Positions 12,471-20,533 of a stretch of 32,000 bases of DNA are shown in pieces. The position numbers and the translations under genes were made by a program. The DNA lies in assembly GCF_000186885.1 (NCBI RefSeq), contig NC_014972.1, forward strand, positions 3,630,001 to 3,662,000, given 5' to 3'. Within the stretch, counting starts at the first letter, position 1, and each line of letters opens with the position of its first letter. This DNA is from Desulfobulbus propionicus DSM 2032 (GTDB lineage Bacteria > Desulfobacterota > Desulfobulbia > Desulfobulbales > Desulfobulbaceae). The notes beneath the pieces are model-generated. The model was given only the letters and a program-made list of their open reading frames with translations, searched no databases and had not been told where the DNA came from.

Positions 12471-12946
12471 CGTTCCTCCCGGCAGCAGCGAATATCGCGG
12501 GCCGCTCGTTCGACCGCGTCGACGATTTTGGTGTAGCCGGTGCAACGGCAGAGGTTGCCGGACAATCCTTCACGAATGCAGTCACGATCCGGTGCGTTCT
12601 CCTGCCGGAGCAGGGCCAGGGCCGTCAGCTCCATGCCGGGAATGCAGAAGCCGCACTGAACCGCCCCCTCCTCGACAAAAGCCTGCTGGAGCAGCGCTCC
12701 TTCGGTCGTCGCCGCCACCCCTTCCACGGTGGTGACCCGGCAGCCTTCCAGCTGGGCCGCCACCATCAGGCAGGAGAGCCGCGTCTCACCGTTGACCAGG
12801 ACCGTGCAGGCACCGCACTCGCCGGTGCCGCAGCCTTCCTTGGTGCCGGTCATGCCCATATCCTCGCGTAGCAGATCCACCACCCGCCGATCAGGGGGGA
12901 CATCGATTGCAACCGGTGTCTCGTTCAGCGCAAACCGTACCTTCAT
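12467..12946 (-). CDS. molybdenum hydroxylase [2Fe-2S] (small) subunit, CoxS-like
   Basis: Plant-type ferredoxin cluster CGTGECGACTV...SC and second cluster QCGFCIPG...CRCTGY. 159 aa. ATGA overlaps occur at both ends. Confidence 0.9.
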   Translation of the reverse strand: MKVRFALNETPVAIDVPPDRRVVDLLREDMGMTGTKEGCGTGECGACTVLVNGETRLSCLMVAAQLEGCRVTTVEGVAATTEGALLQQAFVEEGAVQCGFCIPGMELTALALLRQENAPDRDCIREGLSGNLCRCTGYTKIVDAVERAARDIRCCREER

Positions 12947-15234
12947 GCCTTTTCCTCCAAAGCCAACAGCACCCGTTCCGGGGTCAGCGGTGCCTGATGC
13001 AGACGAATACCGCAGGCCTGGTCAACCGCGTTGGCCACCGCCGGCAGCGGGCCATTCATCGCCACCTCGCCCACCCCTTTGAGTCCAAACGGCCCGGTGG
13101 CCTCGGCTCCCTCAAGACGGCACGAATGGATGTCCGGCAGGTCCACAGCCGTGGGGATCAGGTAGGTGGCCAGGCTATCACTGTGCACCCTGCCCTCGTG
13201 CCGCTCCACCTCCTCCATCAGGGCATAGCCGATCCCCTGGGCCACCCCGCCCTGGATCTGCTGATCAAGCATGGTCGGATTGAGGACCGTGCCGCCGTCG
13301 GTGACGGCCACATAGTCGCACACCCGGATCAGGCCGGTCAACAGGTCGACCTCGATGCGGGCCAGATGCGCGCCGTAGGCAAAGATCACATGGGGGAAGC
13401 CGATGAAGAACCCCTTGGCCGTGTCCGGTGGCTGCTCGCACACCGGGGCCACGAACTGGCTGATGCATACCCGGTCCTCCTGGGGCATGAAGGCTGCCAG
13501 CTGCGCGAATTCCACCTGGCGACCCGTGGGCGGGTGGATCACCTTGCCGGGCACCAGGCGGAGATCGCGATCATCGTCGAGGAACAACAGCAGACCGGCG
13601 CGGTTAATCAGGCGGGCTCGCAGCTCCTCGCAGGCCTTGATCAGGGCATTGCCGAAGGTGTAGGTGGTGCGGCCCGCCGAGGCCGAACCCGAGGGATAGG
13701 CGGTGCGGGTGTCCGGCTGGCGCAATTCCATCTGGCCCGCATCCTGGGAGAGGATATGGCCGGCCATCTGCACAAAGGCGCTGCCATTGCCCTGGCCCAT
13801 GTCGGTGACCGCGTTGTGGACCACGATTTTCCCCTCCGCATTCAACTCCACCTTGGCAATGGCGGCATCGCGCACCTTGCCGCCATAACCGGCGGCATTG
13901 AAGACCGCCGCCAGGCCAAGGCCGCGCCGGGTCTGGGGTGGGGCCTGCGCCTTCCATGCCTGCCGCTCCTGCCACAGGGGGTGCTCACGCAGCCTCTCCA
14001 GGCAGCCAACCATGCCGGTCGAGGTGGTGAGCCGCAGGCCGGCGCAGTTGTCATCCCCCTCGACCAGGGCATTGCGCAGGCGCAGCTCCAGGGGATCCAT
14101 GCCGAGCTCTTGTGCCAGCAGGTCCATCATCGATTCCATGGCAAAGGCCACCTGGCAGACGCCAAAGGCCCGCATGGCCCCGGCCACCGGGTTGTTGGTG
14201 TAGACGCAGCGCCCCTCGATGAGCACATGGGGGATGCGGTAGGGGCCACCGGCATGCTCCATGCCCAGCTCCATCACCTCGCCGCCCAGATGGGCATAGG
14301 CGCCGGTGTCGTAGAGCAGGGAACAGTGCAGGGCGATGAGCGTGCCGTCCCGGTCCGCGCCCAGGCGGTAGCGCAGCCGGCAGGGGTGGCGCTTATAGCC
14401 GGCCACCATGCTCTCTTCCCGCTCCCAATGCATCTTCACCGGCCGGCCCTCGGCGTGCAGCGCGGCCAGGGCCAGCAGACACTGCACCGTGGCCCCGTCC
14501 TTGCCGCCGAACCCACCGCCCAAACAGGGAGCGACGATATGGAGGCGGTCGTAAGGAATGCCAAGGGCGGTGCCGACCTCGAACCGGTCGCGAAAGGGTG
14601 ATTGGCTCGACACGGTCATGGTGAGGGTGCCATCCTTCTCCAACCGGGCCACGCCGTTTTCCGTCTCCAGATAGATGTGCGCCTGCATGGGGGTGGAAAA
14701 TTCCCCTGCCACCACCACCTCGCAACGGGACAGGGCACGGTCGGCCTCGCCGGTGCGAATCTCGGCGGCCAGCAGGATGTTGCCGGCGTGCCCCTCGTGC
14801 AACAGGGGCGCCCCCTCGGTCAGAGCCGCTTCCGGATCAAACACCGCGGGCAGTGGTTCGATCTCCACCCGCACCCGGGCAATGGCCTGGCGCAGGGCCG
14901 TTCGGCTCTCGGCCAGGACCAGGGCCACGGCATCGCCGGCATGGCGCACCCGCTCGTTCACCAGCACCGGGGTGTCGCGATGGATGATGCCGTGGCGGTT
15001 GGGACCCGATACATCGGCGGCGGTCAGTACCTTGTAGACGCCGGAAACGGCCAGGGCCGCCTCGGTCGCCACCGAGAGCAACCGGCCGCTGGCGATGCCG
15101 GCCCGCACCACCCCGGCCCACAACAGGTTCTCCGGATAGAGGTCGGCGGCATAGGGTTCGATGCCGGCCGTCTTGGCCGCGGCATCGCAGCGCACCTCCG
15201 CGCGGCCCACCTGCAACGGTTCCCTGGCGGTCAT
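12943..15234 (-). CDS. molybdopterin-binding (large) subunit of a xanthine dehydrogenase/aldehyde oxidoreductase-family hydroxylase
   Basis: Track ORF 12943..15543, trimmed to ATG 15234 (MTAREPLQVGR...), which overlaps the aminotransferase stop as ATGA. Family motifs include HGIIHRDTPVL, MQAHIYLETENG, QSPFRDR, GGGFGGKDG and DMGQGNGSAF. About 763 aa. Confidence 0.9.
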   Translation of the reverse strand: MTAREPLQVGRAEVRCDAAAKTAGIEPYAADLYPENLLWAGVVRAGIASGRLLSVATEAALAVSGVYKVLTAADVSGPNRHGIIHRDTPVLVNERVRHAGDAVALVLAESRTALRQAIARVRVEIEPLPAVFDPEAALTEGAPLLHEGHAGNILLAAEIRTGEADRALSRCEVVVAGEFSTPMQAHIYLETENGVARLEKDGTLTMTVSSQSPFRDRFEVGTALGIPYDRLHIVAPCLGGGFGGKDGATVQCLLALAALHAEGRPVKMHWEREESMVAGYKRHPCRLRYRLGADRDGTLIALHCSLLYDTGAYAHLGGEVMELGMEHAGGPYRIPHVLIEGRCVYTNNPVAGAMRAFGVCQVAFAMESMMDLLAQELGMDPLELRLRNALVEGDDNCAGLRLTTSTGMVGCLERLREHPLWQERQAWKAQAPPQTRRGLGLAAVFNAAGYGGKVRDAAIAKVELNAEGKIVVHNAVTDMGQGNGSAFVQMAGHILSQDAGQMELRQPDTRTAYPSGSASAGRTTYTFGNALIKACEELRARLINRAGLLLFLDDDRDLRLVPGKVIHPPTGRQVEFAQLAAFMPQEDRVCISQFVAPVCEQPPDTAKGFFIGFPHVIFAYGAHLARIEVDLLTGLIRVCDYVAVTDGGTVLNPTMLDQQIQGGVAQGIGYALMEEVERHEGRVHSDSLATYLIPTAVDLPDIHSCRLEGAEATGPFGLKGVGEVAMNGPLPAVANAVDQACGIRLHQAPLTPERVLLALEEKA

Positions 15235-16361
15235 GCGGCAACTCCTTGTTTGTTCCGGATCATATCCACCTCCTCGGCCAGCGCCTCGACAAACCGTTCC
15301 ATCACTTCTCGCTCCCGCAGGGTGACCCGGATCCAGCCGGGAAAGCGGAACCCGGTCATGGTGCGAACCATCATGCCCCGCCGCATCAGCCGCCGGTACA
15401 TGAGCATGTCGTTGATCGGCGTGCGGATCATCAGGTAATTGCCCTCGCCGCCGACCGTTTCCAGCCCCAGATCCCGGCAGGCATCGCCCACCATGGCCTT
15501 GCCCTGCCGCACCAGGGCCCGGGTGGCGGCAATGTGCTCGCAATCGTCCTCCAGGGCGGCCAGGGCCGCCTGCTGGGCCTGGACATTGACCGAGTAGGCC
15601 ACGCTGGTGCGCCGCACCACCTCGACCACCGCCTCGGTGCCCGCCAGATAACCGACCCGCAATCCCGCCAGTCCATACATCTTGGAAAAGGTGCGGAAGA
15701 CCACCAGATTGGGGAATCGCTCCATCAGGCCGACGGTGTCGGGATAGTCCGGATCCTCCACATACTCCCGGTAGGCCTCGTCCACCACCACGATCCGGTC
15801 GTCACCAACCTGTTCGAGGAAATCGACCAGCACCTGGCGGGACCAGGAACTGCCGGTGGGGTTGTTGGGGTTGCAGACAAAGAGGATCTTGGTGTGGCGG
15901 TCGATGCGGTCGAGCATGGCCTGCGGGTCAAAGGCATAATCATGCAGCGGCGTCAACCGGGCCTCAATGCCGGAGAACTCGGCCACCCACTCGTAGACCG
16001 CAAAGGTCTTGTCGGCGGTGATGATGTTGTCGCCCGGCTGGCAGAAGGCCTTGATCACCGAGGAGATCACCTCGCAGGAGCCGTTGCCGACCAGAATCCG
16101 GTCCGCAACCAGGCCCAGGCGTACTCCCAGCGCCTGGCGGAGGTCATGGCAGTCGCCGCTGGGATAGACAGCGGCACGCTCAGGGGGAAAGGCGGCAATG
16201 ACCCTGGCGGCGGCCGGCGGCGGCCCCAGCGGATTTTCGTTGTTGTTGAGCCGGTGTAGCACCGGGGCACCGTATTCGCGCATCAGCAGATGATCCGGCT
16301 TGCTGGGCACATAGGCCTGAAAGCCACGCACATACTCGGGGATCAGGGCCTCAAGATTCAT
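15231..16361 (-). CDS. PLP-dependent aminotransferase, HisC (histidinol-phosphate/aromatic) family
   Basis: NNNENPLGPP, FVCNPNNPTG, VVVDEAYREY, and the PLP-lysine box RTFSKMYGLAGLRVGY. 376 aa. The substrate cannot be told from sequence. Confidence 0.85.
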   Translation of the reverse strand: MNLEALIPEYVRGFQAYVPSKPDHLLMREYGAPVLHRLNNNENPLGPPPAAARVIAAFPPERAAVYPSGDCHDLRQALGVRLGLVADRILVGNGSCEVISSVIKAFCQPGDNIITADKTFAVYEWVAEFSGIEARLTPLHDYAFDPQAMLDRIDRHTKILFVCNPNNPTGSSWSRQVLVDFLEQVGDDRIVVVDEAYREYVEDPDYPDTVGLMERFPNLVVFRTFSKMYGLAGLRVGYLAGTEAVVEVVRRTSVAYSVNVQAQQAALAALEDDCEHIAATRALVRQGKAMVGDACRDLGLETVGGEGNYLMIRTPINDMLMYRRLMRRGMMVRTMTGFRFPGWIRVTLREREVMERFVEALAEEVDMIRNKQGVAA

Positions 16362-17680
16362 GCGCGGGCCCCTGCTGCCGGATGGTCATAGATCACCAGG
16401 TCGCCCTGACCGCCATCCGGAATCACCAGACGAGGCACAAAGCCGGTCTCGGCCAGGGATGCGGCAAAGGCGGTGTCCTCGCTTCGGCCGGTGTTGAGTT
16501 CCACCAGGAAGTTGGCGATCCCCTCGCCCCGCAGCAACTCCAGGTGGGCGGCCAGGTTGGCGGTCATATCCCGGCCGGCGCACAGGGGACGGATCACCGC
16601 CAGCGATCGACCATATTCGAGTTCCACCGCCAGTACCGAACTGTCGCGCAACCGGGCGGGATCGCCCGATGACGGGCGGATCTGCCGGGGCAGGCAGAGG
16701 CGGTCGTACTGGGCGCCGAGGAAGGTGGCCAGCGGTTCGGCGCAGTAGACCGTGCCGCCGCTCTCTTCCTTGAGCTGGCGATAGTAGCAGGTGCAGCGGT
16801 TGATTCCTCCGGGCCCTCGCAGGGGGAGCTCGCCGAGGAAATCAAAGAAGCGCTCGGAGCCGGCGAAGGCTCCCTGCCGCCGTACCAGTCCCCGGAAGGC
16901 GGAACGGGAGATGCGGCCGACAGCCTCGTCGAGCAGCAGACGCAGCCCCTGGTCGCCCGGATCGTCACCGAACAGATAGGGGCCGTAGAGTTCCAGGCAG
17001 GCATCGGTCAGCGGCCGCCACAGCACGCCGCCCCGGATCCAGTTGCCCTGCTCGACCAGGAGCGCGCTCACATGGCCCACGGCCAGCATGGCCGCCGCCA
17101 TGTCCGGCCGGGCGAGAAAGCCGGGGAGGAATTCGCTCCCGGCGGTCACCGCCATGGCGGCAAAGTGACGCAGGTCCTCCCGGGAGGGATCGAGCAGGCG
17201 CAGCGGTCCCGCCAGGTCGGCCGGTGGCAACGGCACGGGAGCGGCCTGCGGATAGTCGCGGTCGCGGGTCATGCGCAGCGCCACCTGCTCGTCGGCGCCG
17301 AACTCGAGCCGCAGGCTGGAGACGCTGCGGGCGGCGAGCATCGGACCGAGCATCGCCAGCGCGTCCTCGTTGTCGAGGCTGCACCTCCAGGTCAGATTGA
17401 GGGCGCGCAGATCGGGATTGGCCACACGAAAGATCAGGGAGAGTGCCAGGCGATAGCCCTGGTCCTCCAGCTCGATCTCCACCGCCGAACCCTTGGCGGC
17501 CTGCTGGACATAGAAGGAGAACAGTTCCTCGGTGGCCAGCACCAGGCCGCCGGCCGCCGGACCGGTGGCGCCGAATCCCTGCGCGCCCTTGTCGACCAGG
17601 GTCATGACCAAGGGCAGGAACGGCGGGCTGAAGGGAAGACGCGCGGCGATGCTGTGCGGCCGGATTGACGACTGTTTCAT
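16358..17680 (-). CDS. hypothetical 440-aa protein with an N-terminal degenerate RsbW/HATPase-like region and a C-terminal region resembling the neighbouring GNAT-like protein
   Basis: ATG 17680 has AGGGGA 8 nt upstream, and the stop overlaps the aminotransferase start (ATGA). Coding is supported by its operon position and by residue patterns shared by eye with ORFs 21153..21563 and 17715..18764. I recognise no named family. Confidence 0.7.
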   Translation of the reverse strand: MKQSSIRPHSIAARLPFSPPFLPLVMTLVDKGAQGFGATGPAAGGLVLATEELFSFYVQQAAKGSAVEIELEDQGYRLALSLIFRVANPDLRALNLTWRCSLDNEDALAMLGPMLAARSVSSLRLEFGADEQVALRMTRDRDYPQAAPVPLPPADLAGPLRLLDPSREDLRHFAAMAVTAGSEFLPGFLARPDMAAAMLAVGHVSALLVEQGNWIRGGVLWRPLTDACLELYGPYLFGDDPGDQGLRLLLDEAVGRISRSAFRGLVRRQGAFAGSERFFDFLGELPLRGPGGINRCTCYYRQLKEESGGTVYCAEPLATFLGAQYDRLCLPRQIRPSSGDPARLRDSSVLAVELEYGRSLAVIRPLCAGRDMTANLAAHLELLRGEGIANFLVELNTGRSEDTAFAASLAETGFVPRLVIPDGGQGDLVIYDHPAAGARA

Positions 17681-17714
17681 CGGTAATCCCCTGTGAGGAT
17701 GTGGTGGAGGCTGC

Positions 17715-18764
17715 TCATGCCTGACTCCGCAACCATTCGTTCCTGATCAGCTCCACCAGGGCGCGGCCGCGGTCGGAATGGATCTTCATCCCCGCGAAAT
17801 TCGGGTCCACCAGATGCTTCTGCAGCAGCAGCCCATCAGTGCCGAACCAGATCGGCAGCAGACCGCCGAGCGCATAGCCCTGGCCGCGCAGCTGCTCGAC
17901 CACCCCGCCGGCCCAGGGCTGACCGAGATCGACAAAGCATTGGATCAGGGCATAGTTATCGGCCCGCAACCGCTGCTCCAGGGCGCGCAACCGCCCGGGC
18001 AGATCCGCGCCCGGCGCGGTTACCGTGCAGCGGGCCACCCCGGCGAAGTCGAAGCGACCCACCTCGACGGCCGCCTCACCCGCTGGAATGCCGCTATCGG
18101 CCTCCACGATCTCGCGGTCCAGGGTGAACCCCTCCATGATGAAGCGCAGCTGGTCCCGATAGGGCCTGGGCAAAAACAGGGGTTTGCGCTGATCGACATC
18201 CACCCGGAAATAGACCAGACAGCCCACCCGGCCCAGGCCACTCCACTCGGTTTCGTACGCCTCGGCGGGCATCAGGGCCGGTTCCACCGCAGTTTCAAGA
18301 CCCTTGGCATGCTGTGTCAGTTTCTGGGTGATGGTGTGGTTGCATACTGCCTCACCAAAAATACCGTCAATCCCGTCCTTGCCCACCAGCCGCATCAGCA
18401 ACTGGGTTGCACGGAAAAAAGCCATGGTCGAGCGATAACTCGGCAGGGTCAGCCCCACGCCGTACTCGTAGAGCCGAGGGTTGGGCGGCGAGCTGCGATA
18501 CAAGGCGGCATGGGCCACCACCTCACCGGAAACCGTGCGCGCCACTGTGCTGCGGATGGTGCCTCGGCGGTTTTCCTCGGCCAGACGTTCGGGAATGTAG
18601 TAGGTGTCAATCGGATAGCCGTCACCGTAGACGGCATAAAAGAGCCGGGCCACGCCGGTGCCGTCGGACGGCTCGAAAAAGTGGGCCGCATACGCCTCGC
18701 CCTCGGGAACCACATGCGGCGTACTGGCCAGGAACTGCAGCGCCTCCTTTCTGTCCATGGTCAC
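17715..18764 (-). CDS. GNAT-like acyltransferase-family protein (two-domain, about 349 aa)
   Basis: The N-terminal half (GVARLFYAVYGDGYPIDTYYIPERLAEENRRGTIRSTVARTVSGEVVAHAALYR...EAVCNHTITQK) matches a widespread GNAT-family pattern recalled from memory. The start is GTG 18764 (GTGA overlap with the ACP stop) or ATG 18758. Confidence 0.65.
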   Translation of the reverse strand: MTMDRKEALQFLASTPHVVPEGEAYAAHFFEPSDGTGVARLFYAVYGDGYPIDTYYIPERLAEENRRGTIRSTVARTVSGEVVAHAALYRSSPPNPRLYEYGVGLTLPSYRSTMAFFRATQLLMRLVGKDGIDGIFGEAVCNHTITQKLTQHAKGLETAVEPALMPAEAYETEWSGLGRVGCLVYFRVDVDQRKPLFLPRPYRDQLRFIMEGFTLDREIVEADSGIPAGEAAVEVGRFDFAGVARCTVTAPGADLPGRLRALEQRLRADNYALIQCFVDLGQPWAGGVVEQLRGQGYALGGLLPIWFGTDGLLLQKHLVDPNFAGMKIHSDRGRALVELIRNEWLRSQA

Positions 18765-18997
18765 ACCTTGGCCTTGATGCAGTGCTCGAAGTCGGCCAGG
18801 GTCTTGAGCCGCAGGGCCTCGGCATCCGAGATCCTGACCCCGTAGCGCTCTTCCACCGCCAGGGCAAAGGCCGGGTAATCGATGGAATCGAATCCCTGTT
18901 CGCTCAGCAGCACATTCGGATCGAGACGGGACACCATCTCCTCGTCCAGGTCGATGGCGAGCATCAACTGCTTCAAGTCAGCGATCGTGATGGCCAT
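18761..18997 (-). CDS. acyl/aryl carrier protein
   Basis: 78 aa with a four-helix ACP-like pattern and a phosphopantetheine-attachment serine in GFDSIDY. GAGGAG SD lies upstream of ATG 18997. It sits directly downstream of the adenylating enzyme. Confidence 0.85.
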   Translation of the reverse strand: MAITIADLKQLMLAIDLDEEMVSRLDPNVLLSEQGFDSIDYPAFALAVEERYGVRISDAEALRLKTLADFEHCIKAKV

Positions 18998-19027
18998 AAT
19001 CGTTCTCCTCGGTAAAACGGGTTGAAT

Positions 19028-20533
19028 TCATTGCTTTAGTTTAAACCGCTGCACCTTGCCGGTGGGGGTGCGGGGCAGGTCATCGACAAACCGGTACACC
19101 AGGGGACACATATACTCGGGCAGACGAACGGCCAGGAAGGCGCGCAATGCCTTTTCCAGGGGCCGGCCGGGTTCGTGGCCCGGCCGCAGGATCAGGTGGG
19201 CGGCCGGACGCTCCAACCCACCAAGCCGATAGGCAGCCACCGCGCAGTCCGAGACCACCGGGTGGGTGCGCAACACCTCCTCGACCTGGAGCGGCGAGAT
19301 CCATTGGCCGCCGACCTTGAGCATGTCGTCGCTGCGGCCACGGTGCCAGTAGCGGCCCTCCTGTTCGACTGCCACATCGCCGGTACGGATGAACCCGTCG
19401 GCCAGCATGGTCTCGGCGGTCTTGTCCGGCCGGTTCCAATACCGGGGCGCCGCCCCCGGTCCGCGCACCAGCAGATGGCCGGTAACGCCCGAGGCCACCG
19501 GATTGCCGTCGTCATCCACCAGCCGCACCTCGTAGCCCGGCACCGGCCGGCCTGTGGAACCGGGGACCAGATCGCCCGGCCGGTTGGAGAGGAAGATGTG
19601 GGTCATCTCGGTGGAGCCGATGCCGTCCAGCACCTCCAGGCCGGTGAGCCGCTGCCACTCCTCGACCATGGCGGCAGGCAGGGCCTCCCCGGCGGAGACG
19701 CACAGCCGCATCGGCAGGGACAGGTGGTCCTCGTTGACACTGCGGATGAGCTGACCGTAGACCGTGGGCACCGAGAAGAACAGCGTTGGCCGATACCGCG
19801 CCATCAACGCCAGGAGCTGATCGGGCAGGGGATTGTCGGGATGGAGTACCGCCGTGGCGCCGACATATAACGGGAAGGCCAAGCTGTTGCCCAGGCCGTA
19901 GGCAAAATAGAGTTTGCTGGCCGACAGCACCACGTCGTCCTCGCCCATGCCCAACACCTGCACCGCATAGCGTTCGGCCGCCGCCAGCAGGTCGCCATGG
20001 CGATGGGGCACCCCCTTGGGCCGGCCGGTGGAGCCCGAGGTATAGAGCATGTAGGCCAGATCGTCCGGCCCGACCGCGGCGGCTGCCACCGGGACGCTGG
20101 GCCTCTCGGCCACGGCCTCGGCGAGCCGCTCGCCACAAACCAGGCAGTCCGTTCTGGCGCGGGGAAATCCCTCGATCGCCGCCACAGATGGCGAGACCAG
20201 GGCCAGTCGGGCCTCGCTGTCGCTGAGCAGGAAGTCATAGGTCTCGGCATTCAAGGCAGTGCCGACCGGGACCGCGACCGCACCGATCAGGGTGGTCCCC
20301 AGAAAGGCGGCGACGAACACCGGCGAATCCACCAGGACGATCAGCACCCGGTCGCCCGGCCCTATGCCCTTGGCGTGCAACAGGCGGGCAAAACCATAGG
20401 CGCCCGCAGCCAGCTGCCGATAGCTGACCGCCTGGCCTGCGCAGAGATAGGCAGTTTTGTCGGGATGGCGCGCGAGATTGGGCAGGAGCAGGTGCGCTGT
20501 CAGGTTGCGGTTATTGGCTGTACATCCGTTCAT
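19028..20533 (-). CDS. AMP-forming adenylating enzyme, benzoate-CoA ligase family
   Basis: AMP-binding core YTSGSTGRPKGVPHRH. Family-typical SKLYFAYGLGNSLAFPL and DGIGSTEMTHIFLSNR. C-terminal RSDDMLKVGGQWISP and PRTPTGKVQRFKL. The start overlaps the cupin stop (ATGA). Confidence 0.9.
   Translation of the reverse strand: MNGCTANNRNLTAHLLLPNLARHPDKTAYLCAGQAVSYRQLAAGAYGFARLLHAKGIGPGDRVLIVLVDSPVFVAAFLGTTLIGAVAVPVGTALNAETYDFLLSDSEARLALVSPSVAAIEGFPRARTDCLVCGERLAEAVAERPSVPVAAAAVGPDDLAYMLYTSGSTGRPKGVPHRHGDLLAAAERYAVQVLGMGEDDVVLSASKLYFAYGLGNSLAFPLYVGATAVLHPDNPLPDQLLALMARYRPTLFFSVPTVYGQLIRSVNEDHLSLPMRLCVSAGEALPAAMVEEWQRLTGLEVLDGIGSTEMTHIFLSNRPGDLVPGSTGRPVPGYEVRLVDDDGNPVASGVTGHLLVRGPGAAPRYWNRPDKTAETMLADGFIRTGDVAVEQEGRYWHRGRSDDMLKVGGQWISPLQVEEVLRTHPVVSDCAVAAYRLGGLERPAAHLILRPGHEPGRPLEKALRAFLAVRLPEYMCPLVYRFVDDLPRTPTGKVQRFKLKQ

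Noticed and set aside
12907-16259. + strand ORFs 12907..14601, 14602..15438 and 15246..16259
   Set aside because: They are antisense to the Mo-hydroxylase large subunit and the aminotransferase, both of which have diagnostic motifs. I recognise no motifs in these ORFs.
11622-20533. Reading the ligase plus Mo-enzyme as a 4-hydroxybenzoate-CoA ligase / 4-hydroxybenzoyl-CoA reductase catabolic set
   Set aside because: The FAD subunit lacks the Cys-rich [4Fe-4S] insertion typical of that reductase. Also, an ACP, two GNAT-related proteins and an aminotransferase are translationally coupled between ligase and hydroxylase. This remains an alternative to be excluded by phylogeny.
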